DNA of 64,000 bases, taken from assembly GCA_963665095.1 (NCBI GenBank), contig OY762069.1:1792001-1856000 (forward strand), given 5' to 3'. Origin of the DNA: an uncultured Desulfobacter sp. (GTDB lineage: Bacteria; Desulfobacterota; Desulfobacteria; Desulfobacterales; Desulfobacteraceae). The notes beneath the pieces were generated by a model. It saw only the letters and a program-made list of their open reading frames with translations, was not told where the DNA came from and ran no database searches. Below are positions 1 to 11,570 of this stretch, piece by piece (within the stretch, counting starts at the first letter, position 1; every line of letters starts with the position of its first letter). Position numbers and translations under genes: made by a program.

Positions 1-875
1 ATGCCCCTGTCATCCGGATGAATAAATTCAAGGACATTTCCCTGGATCAACTCCGTATTTTTCCTGGACCTGCCCAAAATATCGTAGACCTGATCTGAAC
101 AGCTTATATTACCGGATGCCATATCTATTTCCCAGTCACCCACCAGGGCCAGCTTTTGAGCTTCCTCCAGACGTTTTCGGGTATCCGTGAGCTGGGATAC
201 TGAAGACTGCAGGTGCACCAGAGCTTTTTCCACCTGTTTTTCCAGGGGCCGGAATATAAATCCTGCCTCAATCAGCAGCGCCAGAAGGGCGGCCAGCCAT
301 ATAAACCGCTCAAACCGTTCAATTTTCACAATGGCGGCCCTGCCAATGCGTTCATATTCATCCACAGCAGCATCCAGCAGCGGCTCAAGCACATGAGGCC
401 CGTAATTAACCAGATAGATATACGCCACAGAGCCTGTGGTCAGGCTTTCCATATCCGCGTCATACACCTGACGTGCCCGTTCCAGAAAACGAGAAAGCGC
501 CAGATCCAGACCCATCATGGAATCCTCATAAATATTTATCAGGGTGTCATTGGTGAGTTTAGGGATTTTGGTTTCAGGATCACCGTTACGAAGGGCCTTA
601 TGGGCAGCCGCCATCTTGTGAATGGTCAGCCCCACCTGGGACCGTGCCTGATTAAACTCTGTTTCGTCATCGGTTGCAGCCATCAGGCTTGCAAAATAGG
701 CAATCCGGTTGGTCAGGCCCGCCTGGTGCCCTGCCAGGCTCACAAGCCTGGAAAAATCACGCTGTTTTGAAATCACATGCTGCATACTGAAAAAAGAAGC
801 TGTCACCAGAAGTGCTATGGCGCTTAACCCCAGGACATAACGCAACCGCAGTTTTCCAACAATGCTCAAAGACAA
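1..875 (-). CDS. Membrane sensor protein with periplasmic helical sensor domain and PAS_3 domain, 3' end outside window (histidine kinase or diguanylate cyclase)
   Basis: Manual translation of the minus strand from TTG at 875 (RBS GGGAGG upstream): MSLSIVGKLRLRYVLGLSAIALLV (TM1)...FIWLAALLALLIEAGFIFRPL (TM2)...LEEAQKLALVGDWEID...SDQVYDILG...IHPDDR (PAS). Open to the window edge and absent from the ORF track. Confidence 0.8.
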   Translation of the reverse strand, partial: MSLSIVGKLRLRYVLGLSAIALLVTASFFSMQHVISKQRDFSRLVSLAGHQAGLTNRIAYFASLMAATDDETEFNQARSQVGLTIHKMAAAHKALRNGDPETKIPKLTNDTLINIYEDSMMGLDLALSRFLERARQVYDADMESLTTGSVAYIYLVNYGPHVLEPLLDAAVDEYERIGRAAIVKIERFERFIWLAALLALLIEAGFIFRPLEKQVEKALVHLQSSVSQLTDTRKRLEEAQKLALVGDWEIDMASGNISCSDQVYDILGRSRKNTELIQGNVLEFIHPDDRG

Positions 876-1197
876 AATATCCTCCCGGCCCCACAGGAAA
901 TTTACCGTTTATTCATCAATTTTTCCCTTATACCGGGCCGGCACAAAACTTGCCCGGCCACCGGGTGTAATCTAAATTACGCTTCGGTAACAGTTTCTTA
1001 TCATTCTATTATTAGCGTAAGATTAAAGAATGATGCGAACCACAGATTTTATATTAAAGTTTTAAAAAAGGCGGTCCGCCCTGACCAGCCCCTCCTTTTT
1101 TATTGAATCCTACCCTGTTTCCAATTAAATTAAGGGCCGGCACGACAAAAGAAACTGGCAACTGCAGGACCCAGACACCGGGAGCAGATGAAAAAGT

Positions 1198-3477
1198 ATG
1201 GAGTTAAAAAAACCGGACCATTTAAACCTTTTGTGCGATATGGGAGAGCTTGCCTCCATTATCACCAGCGGATCTGATATTGAAGCATTTCTGGCAGGCG
1301 CCACTGAACTTGTGGCCAAACACCTTAAGGCACATGTCTGCTCCATCTACCTGTTTGATACCCATTCCGGAAATCTGGTTCTCAAGGCAACCCGGGGCCT
1401 GAATCCGGATGCGGTCAACCAGGTCAGAATGCTGCCGTCAGAAGGTCTGGTTGGCCAGTGCTTTTCCACGGACCGCATTTTACGTGTGGGAAATGCCCGG
1501 ATCTCCCCGGGATTTAAATATTTTGACAATGCCGGAGAAGAACCGTTCAATTCGTTTCTTTGCGTGCCCATCCGCCGGGGCGTGGTAAAAATCGGGGTGC
1601 TGGTGGTCCAGCACCGGCAGATGGACCATTTTACCCTGCTGGATGAACGGGCATTGAGAACCGCTGCCACCCAGCTGGCCGGCGCCATTGAAAATGCCCG
1701 CCTGCTCATGGCCCTGTCACCGGAGTCAGCCGATCCAACGGAAAAAGAGACAGGGGCAGCCAATGGATTCCCAGCCTTTATCAAAGGAAAATCCGATGGA
1801 TCAGGCTCAGCGCTTGGCACCATCCGGCCTTCCAGAAGAAAGCGCAAAGCCTGTCTGTATGACCTGGACCAAAGCGGTATCACCTATACCCTGGCCGATT
1901 TTAAAACGGCTGTGGAGAAAACCATCCAGGAACTGAAAAACCTTCAGGACCGGTTTGCCGCAAGTCTGCCGGAAAGTGCCTCGTTGATCTTCACCGCCCA
2001 TTTCATGATGCTCAAGGATAAAAATTTTACCGGGAAGATGGCCGCTCTGGTTCAACAGGGACACGCTCCGGTGGAAGCCGTCCAGCAAGTAGTCCAGAAA
2101 TACATCAAAATATTTTCAGACACCCCCCATGCCTATATGCAGGAAAAAGCTGTGGATGTGGAGGACTTGGGCATTCGTCTTCTCAGCCACCTTAAGGCAG
2201 TTCATACCCCTGCAACGAAGGACAGAGGTTCAATTTTTGTCACCCAGGACATCTACCCGTCGGACATGATGAAGCTGACAGCCGACGGCATCAGGGGTAT
2301 CGTACTTGTGGGCGGGGGCGTCACTTCCCATGTCACGATTCTTGCCCGCTCTTTGTCCATCCCGCTGATTATTGCCGACGACACAGGCCTGCTGGACCTG
2401 CCCGACAACACACGGCTGCTCCTGGACGCGGGCCAGGGCAATATATACATCAACCCGGACGACAATACCCTTGCTGTATTCAAATCCAAACAGGAGGCGG
2501 AAACCCGGGCCAGGACCCGGGAGATGGCGCCAGCCACCTATACCATAGATAATAAACGAATCCGGCTTCTGGCCAACATCAACCTGCTCAGTGAAATCCG
2601 CCTGGCCCGGGAGCTGAAATCCGAAGGCATCGGCCTGTACAGAACTGAATTTCCCTTTCTGATCCGCAGCGGGTTCCCGTCTGAGGACGAACAGTACCTG
2701 ATTTATAAGGGACTGTTTGACAAAACAGATCCCAACCTGGTCACCACAGTGCGGACCCTGGATGCCGGTGGCGAAAAAGTGATACGGCATGCCGATTTCG
2801 TACAGGAGGCCAACCCGGCTTTGGGGCTTCGCTCCATCCGCTTTGTCCTCAAACACCGCCAGATCTTCTATAACCAGGTGAAGGCCATTCTTCGCGCGGC
2901 CTGTGGACGGGACAACGTGCGGCTGATGTTTCCGCTGATCTCCTCCATTGACGAATTTGAAGCGGCGAAACAGGTGGTGACCGATTGTTCAAAGGAGTTG
3001 ACGACAGAAGGCATAGACCATAACAGCGCCCCTGAAATCGGCATGATGATAGAACTGCCGTCAGTGCTGGCGACCCTTGACGAATTTGCCAGGATGGCTG
3101 ATTTCTTTGCCATTGGTACCAATGATTTTGTCCAGTACATGGTGGGGGCGGACCGGGGCAACAAACTGGTAGCAGAACACTATATCCCGTACCATCCGGC
3201 CGTAAACCGTGGCATCGCACAAATAGCAGACACCGCCGCCAGACACAGCATTGACGTATCGGTTTGCGGCGAAATGGCCCATGATCCCGACTACATTCCC
3301 TTTCTGATCGGTACCGGCATCAGCACCTTAAGCGTCAATCCCCAGTTCCTGCCAGAAGTTCAGGCTGCCATCACGGGCATTCGGTTTTCCGAGGCAAAAG
3401 CGTATGCCCAAACGCTTCTGGCCCAGACCCGGGTAAAGGATGCGGCCCGCATCCTGAAGCAGCGGCCCGGGGCCTGA
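1198..3477 (+). CDS. ptsP: Phosphoenolpyruvate-protein phosphotransferase with N-terminal GAF domain (EI-Ntr)
   Basis: GAF N-terminus, phospho-His motif TSHVTILARS, and GIGLYRTEF, NPALGLRSIR, IGTNDFVQY, VCGEMA motifs. Confidence 0.95.
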   Translation: MELKKPDHLNLLCDMGELASIITSGSDIEAFLAGATELVAKHLKAHVCSIYLFDTHSGNLVLKATRGLNPDAVNQVRMLPSEGLVGQCFSTDRILRVGNARISPGFKYFDNAGEEPFNSFLCVPIRRGVVKIGVLVVQHRQMDHFTLLDERALRTAATQLAGAIENARLLMALSPESADPTEKETGAANGFPAFIKGKSDGSGSALGTIRPSRRKRKACLYDLDQSGITYTLADFKTAVEKTIQELKNLQDRFAASLPESASLIFTAHFMMLKDKNFTGKMAALVQQGHAPVEAVQQVVQKYIKIFSDTPHAYMQEKAVDVEDLGIRLLSHLKAVHTPATKDRGSIFVTQDIYPSDMMKLTADGIRGIVLVGGGVTSHVTILARSLSIPLIIADDTGLLDLPDNTRLLLDAGQGNIYINPDDNTLAVFKSKQEAETRARTREMAPATYTIDNKRIRLLANINLLSEIRLARELKSEGIGLYRTEFPFLIRSGFPSEDEQYLIYKGLFDKTDPNLVTTVRTLDAGGEKVIRHADFVQEANPALGLRSIRFVLKHRQIFYNQVKAILRAACGRDNVRLMFPLISSIDEFEAAKQVVTDCSKELTTEGIDHNSAPEIGMMIELPSVLATLDEFARMADFFAIGTNDFVQYMVGADRGNKLVAEHYIPYHPAVNRGIAQIADTAARHSIDVSVCGEMAHDPDYIPFLIGTGISTLSVNPQFLPEVQAAITGIRFSEAKAYAQTLLAQTRVKDAARILKQRPGA

Positions 3478-3484
3478 TTCGTTT

Positions 3485-4270
3485 ATGACACAGGATTACA
3501 ATTTCGACCAGCTGGCCTCCCGGTTCCAAACCAAAGTGTATGGCGGACTCAAAGGGCGGATAAGAATCGCAGTGCTTGAACGTGACCTTAATGAATTTTT
3601 TCCGGAAATAGTTGCCCCTGCCCCGAAAGTGTCCTTAAACATCCTTGACGCTGGCGGCGGATTTGGTCCTTTTTCAATTCTGCTGGCCGAAAAAGGGCAC
3701 AGGGTGACCATCTGCGATCTGTCTGAAAAGATGCTTGAGAAGGCCCGGGAACTGTTTCTGGCCCAGGGCGTAGATCGGAACCTTTCCATCTGCCACGGCC
3801 CGGTCCAGAAGTTAGACCGAAAACTGGACGGTCAATTCGATCTGGTGCTCTGCCACGGGGTTTTAGGGTGGATAAAAGAGCCTGCGCCCTTTATCTGCCG
3901 CATCATGGATCTTATGGCTGAAAACGGTATTCTTTCTTTGAGTTTTTACAATCTCAACGGCATGATTTTCAAAAATCTGCTCCGGACAAATTATAAAAAA
4001 ATCTTAAAGAAAGCATATACCGGATATCCGGGCAGCCTGACACCCTGCTGGCCCCGGACAGCTGACCAGGTGACACAGTGGCTTGACGCGCACCCTTTTG
4101 AAATCCTTTGCCAAAGCGGCATACGGGTATTCCATGATTATATACTGGACCCGTTGGACCGTGAACGTGATCCGGAAAACCAGGTCCAAATGGAACTGAA
4201 ATTCTCCCGTCAACCACCCTTCAGAGATTTGGGAAGATACCTGCATATTCTGGGCAGGAAACGAATTTAA
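3485..4270 (+). CDS. cmoM: SAM-dependent methyltransferase, CmoM/SmtA-like (tRNA cmo5U methyltransferase)
   Basis: N-terminal NFD...F..KVYGGLKGRIR, LDAGGG SAM motif, LCHGVLGW, and C-terminal SGIRVFHDY...GRYLH. Confidence 0.8.
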   Translation: MTQDYNFDQLASRFQTKVYGGLKGRIRIAVLERDLNEFFPEIVAPAPKVSLNILDAGGGFGPFSILLAEKGHRVTICDLSEKMLEKARELFLAQGVDRNLSICHGPVQKLDRKLDGQFDLVLCHGVLGWIKEPAPFICRIMDLMAENGILSLSFYNLNGMIFKNLLRTNYKKILKKAYTGYPGSLTPCWPRTADQVTQWLDAHPFEILCQSGIRVFHDYILDPLDRERDPENQVQMELKFSRQPPFRDLGRYLHILGRKRI

Positions 4271-4786
4271 GTTCTATGGCAGAAATTTCAAACGCCAGCT
4301 GTAAAAAGTAACGGGGCAGACATTCCGGGGTCTTTTTCCATAATATAATAAATTTATATATAAGCCTTGCCCCAGATGAGCTTCAATCGGGTATCACAGG
4401 GATTTGAAAAAAAATTCCCCTTAATTTTGCTTTTTCCTCTTGTTTTTATCGCTGTTTTATGCAAAATTTTAAAACACATTAATTAGCATAAATTTTTAGT
4501 TTTCAAAGAGATTAGCAATTTCGCATTATTCTCTTTCATAAAAGTATAACCTGGGTTTTTCCGTTATTTCTCCAACCCGTTAAATATTGATTAAATATTG
4601 TCCCCAGGCACTGGTTCAAAGCATTTAATTAGAATTTAAAAAAAACACTATAACTTCAGACACAAATTTTACGAAAAATGGGCAGTGTGACTGTCTTGCT
4701 GTCAGTCTTTGCCTGCAGCAGGTTCCAAGATACTATCTTTTAGCCTGCCGGAAAATTAAATTCAAATAAACTACGGAGTGACGATC

Positions 4787-5674
4787 ATGAAAAAATGCAC
4801 ATTCTTACTGGCCGTTGTATTTATGTTTTTTACCATTCAGACAGGCTTTGCTGCGGATAGTTACAAAATTGGGGTATTGGCCAAACGCGGGCCTGTCAAA
4901 GCCCTTAAACAGTGGGGCAGTACCGGGAAATATCTCACCGAAAAAATCGGGACCACGTTTGAGATTGTCCCCCTTGATTTTGATGCCGTCAACCCGGCCA
5001 TCGAAAAGGGAACTGTGGACTTTTTCCTTGTAAACTCTTCCATGTTTATTACTGCCAAAGCCAAGTATGGTGCCTCTGCCATTGCCACCATGATCAATTC
5101 AAGACAGGGCAAGCCTTTGAAGTCTTTTGGCGGTGTTATTCTGACCAACGATGAAAACGACGATATCAACTCTCTGGCAGACTTAAAGGGAAAATCTTTT
5201 GCCGCAGTTGAAAAATCGTCCTTCGGCGGCTGGCAAATGGCGTACATGGAATTGTTAAACCAGGGGATTGACCCATTCAAGGATTTCTCAGAGGTACAGT
5301 TTGTAGGCAAGCATGACAATGTTGTGCTGGCTATTCAGAACGGAGCCCAGGACGCCGGAACCGTAAGAACCGACACCCTTGAACGTATGCAGGCAGAGGG
5401 GATTATCGACATGGAAGATTTTAAAATTTTAAATGCCCAGTCTCACAGCGACTTCCCTTTTGTATGCAGCACACAGCTGTACCCGGAATGGCCTATGGCA
5501 AAAACCTCTGCTGTTTCCGACGCGATTGCCGCGAAAGTACTTGCCGCGCTCAAACAGATCAGGCCTGGCGATTTGGCTGCCAAGGACGCCAAAATTGTAG
5601 GCTGGACCGATGCACTTGACTATCAGGGTGTTGAAGACCTGCAAATGGCATTGAAAATAGGCGCATACAAATAG
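4787..5674 (+). CDS. Periplasmic substrate-binding protein, PhnD/phosphonate-binding family
   Basis: Signal peptide, KIGVLAKRG, SSFGGW, HDNVVLAI..G..DAGTVRTDTLE, and STQLYPEWP. ATG at 4787 has a GGAG RBS. Confidence 0.85.
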   Translation: MKKCTFLLAVVFMFFTIQTGFAADSYKIGVLAKRGPVKALKQWGSTGKYLTEKIGTTFEIVPLDFDAVNPAIEKGTVDFFLVNSSMFITAKAKYGASAIATMINSRQGKPLKSFGGVILTNDENDDINSLADLKGKSFAAVEKSSFGGWQMAYMELLNQGIDPFKDFSEVQFVGKHDNVVLAIQNGAQDAGTVRTDTLERMQAEGIIDMEDFKILNAQSHSDFPFVCSTQLYPEWPMAKTSAVSDAIAAKVLAALKQIRPGDLAAKDAKIVGWTDALDYQGVEDLQMALKIGAYK

Positions 5675-5784
5675 CCCGTTTTAAAAAATTCCGACAATGA
5701 CTTGTCCGGATATATAAAACCCGTATTGATTTTTACGCACCCAGAGGCCACAACCTGTTAATACAGTCTAGGAGCAATACAACC

Positions 5785-7827
5785 ATGAGAAAAACAGCCG
5801 GCAACATTAAAGCCCTTTCACCTGAAAAAGGCGGTCGCCTATGGATAAAGCTTCTGATCCCCATGACGGCCATTCTTGCAGTTGCTCTTTTAGGGCTGGC
5901 TTTAATCATCATCGCATCTCAATCAAGTTCATTGAATAAGATGGGAAACAAAATCCAGGGCATGCTCACTGAGTCCGGTAACCTTATTGATACAGATTTG
6001 AAAAAAATGGAATCGGATGTAAGGCAAAAAATGGACCAGATGGCCCAGACCACAACCGATCTGTTAACAAAATCCTGCACAGAATCCCTGACCCGGATTA
6101 AAACAAACGTCAAAACTGCCTGGATGAGTAGTATTGAAGAGGACGCAAATTCCATGGCAGACCTGTTGGCCAGTGTTGCACCTCCGGCCATTTTAAATGG
6201 CGACTACACCGCCCTGCTTGGCTATGTCAAATCAGCCTGTTCCAACCACAGTGTCGTTTATGCCCTGTATCTAAAACCCGATGGGAAGCCCTATATCAAA
6301 TACCTGGACCAGGAACATAAAAAAATTACGCACTATATTAAAACCGGCCAGGGCAAAAAGAAGTATCAAAAGGTCCTCCAGGCATCAGGTAGTGATCCTG
6401 ATGTATATGTGGTTAAAAAAGTTATCCAATTGGAAGGCAAAGCCCTGGGAGATCTTGTGTTCTGCCTTGATAAAACAGAAATCAACCAGAAGCTGGCTGC
6501 CATGTCCGGCGACTTTGACAGCCTGATTCAGGAAAATTCACAGAAAATCGGCTCCACACTGAGAGAAGAGTCCCGTGTGGTTATCAGCAGCATTGCCACA
6601 ATCATTGAAGATGTCTCCGACAACAATCGAACTGTTGTCAGCAAAACCAGTGCCAGCATTGTTGATTCCAGCCACCAGGTTAAAAATAAAACAAAAATCC
6701 GGCTGGCTATTTTTGGTACAGCCTGCTGTCTTTTGATCCTGGGTTTGAGTTTTCTGCTTCTTGAGACCCTTGTGATTGTACCGGTGGGCCAGATCAGCAA
6801 GAGCCTTGAAAATATTGCATCCGGAGAGGGAGATTTAACCCGGCGGATCAAAATTAAAAACCAGGATGAACTCGGGGCACTGGTTCACTGGTTCAATGCA
6901 TTCATCCAGCGTTTGAACAACATTATTCTGGACATCGGAACCAATTCGGAAACCGTTACCATGGCATCCCAGGAACTTGTAACCGCTTCCGGTCAGGTGG
7001 CGGATGATGCAAGGGATCTTTTAACTAAGGCCAGTACAGTCACCGAAGCTTCGAAAAAAATGAGTACCAATATGGAGTCGGTGGATGCCACATCAACCCA
7101 GGTATCTGAGAGTGTAAGGTCTGTTGCGCAATCATCTGCCCAGATGCAATCCACTTTCCAGGATGTGGTCAAAAACTGTGAACATGCCAGGGAAATTTCC
7201 GATGAAGCCGCGGCCCAAGTCAACCAGGCCTCAGAACGGGTGGAACATTTAGGCTCTTCTGCCAAGGATATCTCCAGGGTCACAGAAGCCATCACCGATA
7301 TTGCGGAACAGACCAATCTGTTAGCCCTGAATGCCACCATAGAGGCAGCCCGGGCCGGAGAAGCGGGCAAAGGGTTTGCCGTTGTGGCCGGTGAAATTAA
7401 AAGCCTTGCAGAACAAACAGCCCAGGCCACCAACGATATCAGGTCCAAAATCCTGGATATACAAAACTCCACAGACAACACGGTCCACGATGTTAAAAAA
7501 ATCGCCACCGTCATTATACAGGTAAATGAGCTTGTCTCTTCTGTTGTCACGGCCATGGAAGAGCAGTTTACCTCTGCAGCACAGATGACACAGAACATGG
7601 AACAGGCATCTGAAGGCATTCATGATGTCAGTAACAACATATCCTCAAGCTCCCAGGTGTCATCTGAAATTGCCAGGGATATTGCCAGCGTGAATACGGT
7701 GTCGGAGGATATATCACAAAAGAGCAGCCAGATGGATGAAAACGCAAGGAACCTGGCCGAGCTGTCAACAAAATTAAAGGATATGATTTCCGTGTTCAAG
7801 GTCTCCAGGGAAGAAACGCCGACATGA
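5785..7827 (+). CDS. Methyl-accepting chemotaxis protein
   Basis: Two TM segments, HAMP (GEGDLTRR...DELG), and signalling hairpin [34 protein letters not shown]. Confidence 0.95.
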   Translation: MRKTAGNIKALSPEKGGRLWIKLLIPMTAILAVALLGLALIIIASQSSSLNKMGNKIQGMLTESGNLIDTDLKKMESDVRQKMDQMAQTTTDLLTKSCTESLTRIKTNVKTAWMSSIEEDANSMADLLASVAPPAILNGDYTALLGYVKSACSNHSVVYALYLKPDGKPYIKYLDQEHKKITHYIKTGQGKKKYQKVLQASGSDPDVYVVKKVIQLEGKALGDLVFCLDKTEINQKLAAMSGDFDSLIQENSQKIGSTLREESRVVISSIATIIEDVSDNNRTVVSKTSASIVDSSHQVKNKTKIRLAIFGTACCLLILGLSFLLLETLVIVPVGQISKSLENIASGEGDLTRRIKIKNQDELGALVHWFNAFIQRLNNIILDIGTNSETVTMASQELVTASGQVADDARDLLTKASTVTEASKKMSTNMESVDATSTQVSESVRSVAQSSAQMQSTFQDVVKNCEHAREISDEAAAQVNQASERVEHLGSSAKDISRVTEAITDIAEQTNLLALNATIEAARAGEAGKGFAVVAGEIKSLAEQTAQATNDIRSKILDIQNSTDNTVHDVKKIATVIIQVNELVSSVVTAMEEQFTSAAQMTQNMEQASEGIHDVSNNISSSSQVSSEIARDIASVNTVSEDISQKSSQMDENARNLAELSTKLKDMISVFKVSREETPT

Positions 7828-7853
7828 CATCCCGCCATACAATTCAGGGCGGT

Positions 7854-8642
7854 TCAGACTTCTATTGATTTTGTTGGCCCCAGACAAAGCGTGTCCACCA
7901 CCAACCCTGCAATGGTCAACCCGAAACATCCGGGAACCCAGGCTGCCGATCCAATGGGCGGCCTGGGTCTGCCATGGCCCTCAAGGAGATCCACAGCATC
8001 CTTATCTTCAAACGGCTCTTTATTCAGCGGCGGCTCAATGGAGTAGACACAGGGCACACCATGTTCAAGCCCTCTGCGGCGCAGTCGTCTTCTCACCATC
8101 CTTGCCAGGGGGCAGACTTCGGTATCAAACAGGTCCCCGGACCGGATCATCGAGCAATCTGTTCTTCCGGCCGCACCCATGGATGATATGATATTCAGGT
8201 TCATCTGTTTTGCCCCCAGAATCAGACTGACCTTTGCATTGAGTCCGTCAATGGCATCCACCACCATATCCAGATCATCGCTCAAAAACTCAGACAGTGT
8301 ATCCGCATTGACAAAAGAGTTTTTCAGATCCACCTCACACAACGGGTTGATATCCATGACCCGCTGTCTGGCCACAGCGGCTTTTTCCAAGCCCATGGTA
8401 GAGTGAAGGGCATAGATCTGCCGGTTGATGTTGGATGCATCCACCCGGTCAAAATCCACCAGCCGCAGATACCCGATCCCGGAGCGTGCTAAGCCCTCCA
8501 CCACAAAGGAACCCACGGCACCCAAACCAAATACGGCCACACGCCCACCTTTCAGCCGGTTTACACACGCCTTGCCCAGCAACTGCTCCAGCCGGGCAAA
8601 GGGATTTATGCCTTTGTTGATCTTGTCGGACTCTTTAACCAT
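7854..8642 (-). CDS. tcdA: tRNA threonylcarbamoyladenosine dehydratase (ThiF/E1-like family)
   Basis: VAVFGLGAVGS, LVDFDRV..SNINRQ, VVDAID, SSMGAAG, CPLAR, VYSIE. Confidence 0.9.
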   Translation of the reverse strand: MVKESDKINKGINPFARLEQLLGKACVNRLKGGRVAVFGLGAVGSFVVEGLARSGIGYLRLVDFDRVDASNINRQIYALHSTMGLEKAAVARQRVMDINPLCEVDLKNSFVNADTLSEFLSDDLDMVVDAIDGLNAKVSLILGAKQMNLNIISSMGAAGRTDCSMIRSGDLFDTEVCPLARMVRRRLRRRGLEHGVPCVYSIEPPLNKEPFEDKDAVDLLEGHGRPRPPIGSAAWVPGCFGLTIAGLVVDTLCLGPTKSIEV

Positions 8643-9053
8643 GGGGCTTTTATTTATAGTTCAATGGCGTCATTTTTATGCCTTTCCAGGATGGAAGGCC
8701 TATATCAATGTTTATATCAACTGGTCAAGATAATTCCACCGGACACTTTTTACAGTTTCCTTTCAATCAGGACCATAAAACTCAAAAATATGTAAAAAAA
8801 TATTTAATTTTATTCTTTATTGACATCACCATACATAGCAGATATATCGCCATCCGGGAGTTTTTAAATCAACTAGGTATTGTGCCCTATATAGCTTATA
8901 AAACCTTGCATTGCATTTTTCATGGTTTATATGATCAGACATTATACTTCGCCCGGGCAATAAAGATTATATATTGTTTTTCGTCTGATTGTATATGCGT
9001 ATTCTGATTTCATATTCCATCTGGCTTGCATTGCTGGTGAGCAGTGTCCCCCC

Positions 9054-9182
9054 CCCCAGGGACTGAAAGGTGACACCATTCCATTGCCCGGAAGAATTAT
9101 GGCTGTGGCCGACGTGTATGATGTATTGATCAGCCACAGGGTTTACAAGCCGGCCTTTTCCCATGAACAGACTAGTAATTAA
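9054..9182 (+). pseudogene. C-terminal remnant of an HD-GYP phosphodiesterase
   Basis: Translates to PQGLKGDTIPLPGRIMAVADVYDVLISHRVYKPAFSHEQ*, the canonical post-GYP segment. No N-terminal part or start codon. Confidence 0.75.
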
Positions 9183-9268
9183 AGAAGATAATAAGACAAG
9201 GGTAGGCCACAGATTGCTTGTGCTGTTTTGTGGCATTTTAATTTTAAAGGAAAAATAAGGTATTATTT

Positions 9269-11257
9269 ATGAAGCTGTCGTTGAGATCCAAACTGATTCT
9301 CGGAGGGATAATCGCCTCCATGCTCCCTTTGGCCATTGTTGGCTATTTTGCTGTAAGTAAATCCACCAACGCTCTGGTAAAAAACGCTGAATTCCAGGCG
9401 ATGCAGATTTCTGAGGATCTGGCGTTACTGGCTGAGGAGATTGTCGGCCAGGAAAAAATTTATGCCGCTTCCATTGCCCAGACACCCGTATTAATCAACG
9501 CCGTTTCCCAGGCCCATAATATTGAGACGGGGTTTGCAGAACAGGCTTTGGCTGATTTACAAAAATTTCTGGGTGCCATTTTTGAAAAATGCAACGGACG
9601 CTATGAAAAAATTATAGTCACAGACAGGAACGGAAAGGTGATCGCTGATAACACCCGGAAAGTCCTATCACTCGACCTTGGAACCAGGGACTATTTTCAG
9701 CAGGCAAAACAGGGGAAGGAGACCTTGAGCGAACCCATTATATCAAAAGTCTCAGGCGCGCCAATCCTCTCTCTTGCCATGCCTGTCAATACGTATGAGG
9801 GTACTTTTGGCGGTGCCATTGTATTTGTTATCAAGCTGGATGGCCTAAGTAATAAAATCACCGCCATAAAAATCGGTGAAACCGGATACCCGTTTATGAT
9901 TGATAAAACGGGTCTGGTAATTGCCCATCCACATCCTGAAAATATTTTTAAGACAAATATTGCTCAGTCTGATGGCATGGAGGCCATTGCAAAACGCATG
10001 ATTGCCCAGGATGCGGATGTGGAAACGTATCGCTTTAAAGGGGTGGCCAAAATTGCCGGATTTGCCCCTGTCAAGTCCACAGGCTGGAGCATTACCGTCA
10101 CCCAGAATGAAGATGAATTTTTAGGGGCGGTCCATGCCATTCAAAAACTGGTGATCATTGTGGGTCTGTTCTTTCTTGTCATTGTGGTGATCGGCATTCT
10201 TTGGTTTGTCAAAGGCATCATGGACCAGCTCGGTGGAGAACCCAGTGATATCGCCGGCATTGCAGACAGCATTGCCGAGGGTAATTTGACTGTTCAATTC
10301 CAAAAAAATGCCGGGAAGTCAACCGGTGTTTATGCCAGTATGGAAAAAATGACCGGAAATCTAACCGGGATGCTTACGGAAATCACCGGTGGCATCGGGA
10401 CCCTTACCTCATCTTCCACTGAATTGTCAGCTATCTCGGAACAGATGGCCGGTAATGCGGAAAGCACCTCGGAAAGAGCCAATACGGTTGCTGCAGCATC
10501 AGAGGAGATGACCTCAAATATGAATGGTGTGGCGGCGGCCACAGAAGAGACCTCGGCAAACATCCAAATGATTGTGGCTGCTGCCGAAGAGATGTCTTCG
10601 ACCATCTCAGAAATTGCATCCAACACGGCAAAAGGCAGCCATACGACCACAGAGGCGGTTAAAAAGGCTGAAGAGGTCTCTAAAAAAGTGAACGACCTGG
10701 GTCTGGCCGCATCTCAAATCAGTAAAGTAACTGAGACCATTGCTGATATTTCCGAGCAGACCAATCTTCTGGCATTAAATGCCACCATTGAAGCAGCAAG
10801 GGCCGGTGAAGCCGGCAAAGGGTTTGCCGTAGTGGCCGGAGAGATCAAAGCCCTGGCCCAGCAGACAGCACTGGCCACCAGTGAGATCGGCACCAGAATC
10901 AGCGAAGTGCAAAACACCACCAAAGAATCAGTCAGCGCCATTGAATCCATTGTGGAGGTGATCAATGAAATTAACGACATTGTAACGACTGTGGCAGCGG
11001 CCATTGAAGAACAGAGCGCCACCACCCAGGAAATTGCCAACAACGTCAGTCAGGCAGGCTTGGGCGTTCAGGAGGTGAACGAAAATGTTAACCAGGCATC
11101 TGCAGTGGCCGGAGAAGTCAGCCAGGAGATCCATCAGGTCAGCCAGGCCTCTGATGAGATGAGAACCGGCAGCCTGCAGGTCAATGAAAGCGCTTCAGAC
11201 CTTTCCAGACTGGCTGAAAGCCTTAATCAGCTGGTGTCAAAATTTACCCTGGAATAA
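9269..11257 (+). CDS. Methyl-accepting chemotaxis protein with dCache sensor domain
   Basis: TM1, RDYF...[29 protein letters not shown] (Cache), TM2, MCP signalling motif. Confidence 0.95.
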   Translation: MKLSLRSKLILGGIIASMLPLAIVGYFAVSKSTNALVKNAEFQAMQISEDLALLAEEIVGQEKIYAASIAQTPVLINAVSQAHNIETGFAEQALADLQKFLGAIFEKCNGRYEKIIVTDRNGKVIADNTRKVLSLDLGTRDYFQQAKQGKETLSEPIISKVSGAPILSLAMPVNTYEGTFGGAIVFVIKLDGLSNKITAIKIGETGYPFMIDKTGLVIAHPHPENIFKTNIAQSDGMEAIAKRMIAQDADVETYRFKGVAKIAGFAPVKSTGWSITVTQNEDEFLGAVHAIQKLVIIVGLFFLVIVVIGILWFVKGIMDQLGGEPSDIAGIADSIAEGNLTVQFQKNAGKSTGVYASMEKMTGNLTGMLTEITGGIGTLTSSSTELSAISEQMAGNAESTSERANTVAAASEEMTSNMNGVAAATEETSANIQMIVAAAEEMSSTISEIASNTAKGSHTTTEAVKKAEEVSKKVNDLGLAASQISKVTETIADISEQTNLLALNATIEAARAGEAGKGFAVVAGEIKALAQQTALATSEIGTRISEVQNTTKESVSAIESIVEVINEINDIVTTVAAAIEEQSATTQEIANNVSQAGLGVQEVNENVNQASAVAGEVSQEIHQVSQASDEMRTGSLQVNESASDLSRLAESLNQLVSKFTLE

Positions 11258-11273
11258 ATTTTATAACCATTCG

Positions 11274-11317
11274 AAGACTATCTTAGGGCTCTTTCCGGGT
11301 CCTAAGATAGTCTTTTC
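11274..11317 (+). terminator. Intrinsic terminator after the MCP gene
   Basis: 14-bp stem AAGACTATCTTAGG/CCTAAGATAGTCTT followed by a T-rich tract. Confidence 0.75.
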
Positions 11318-11417
11318 TTCAAATTGTCACCCTAAAAATTGTCCTCATTGACACCGGTCAGCATTCGCGTACCGGGAAATTGTCCATGGTTGAGATGGTA
11401 ACCGTCGTTATTATTAT

Positions 11418-11469
11418 TCCTACAACCTGTAGAGTAACCCCTAAAAAAATCCTATAATTCATCGGCTTT
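11418..11469 (+). promoter_or_regulatory. Bipartite operator copy 1 (putative PucR-family site)
   Basis: TCCTACA-acc-TGTAGAG at 11418 and TCCTATAATTCATCGGCTTT ending at 11469. Confidence 0.7.
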
Positions 11470-11570
11470 ATTTGTCTCATATCTTTTCCTATAAATAGCA
11501 CAATATTGTTCCGATAAAGGGAGTAACAATTTATTACTCGTTCATTTCAAAAGGAGGTAATTTAACAACC

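Noticed and set aside
187..770. Plus-strand ORFs of 69 and 185 aa
   Set aside because: Antisense shadows of the minus-strand sensor gene 1-875.
8678..9236. ORFs 8678-9007 (+) and 8967-9236 (-)
   Set aside because: AT-rich promoter region with no recognisable protein features. The real signal is the HD-GYP remnant.
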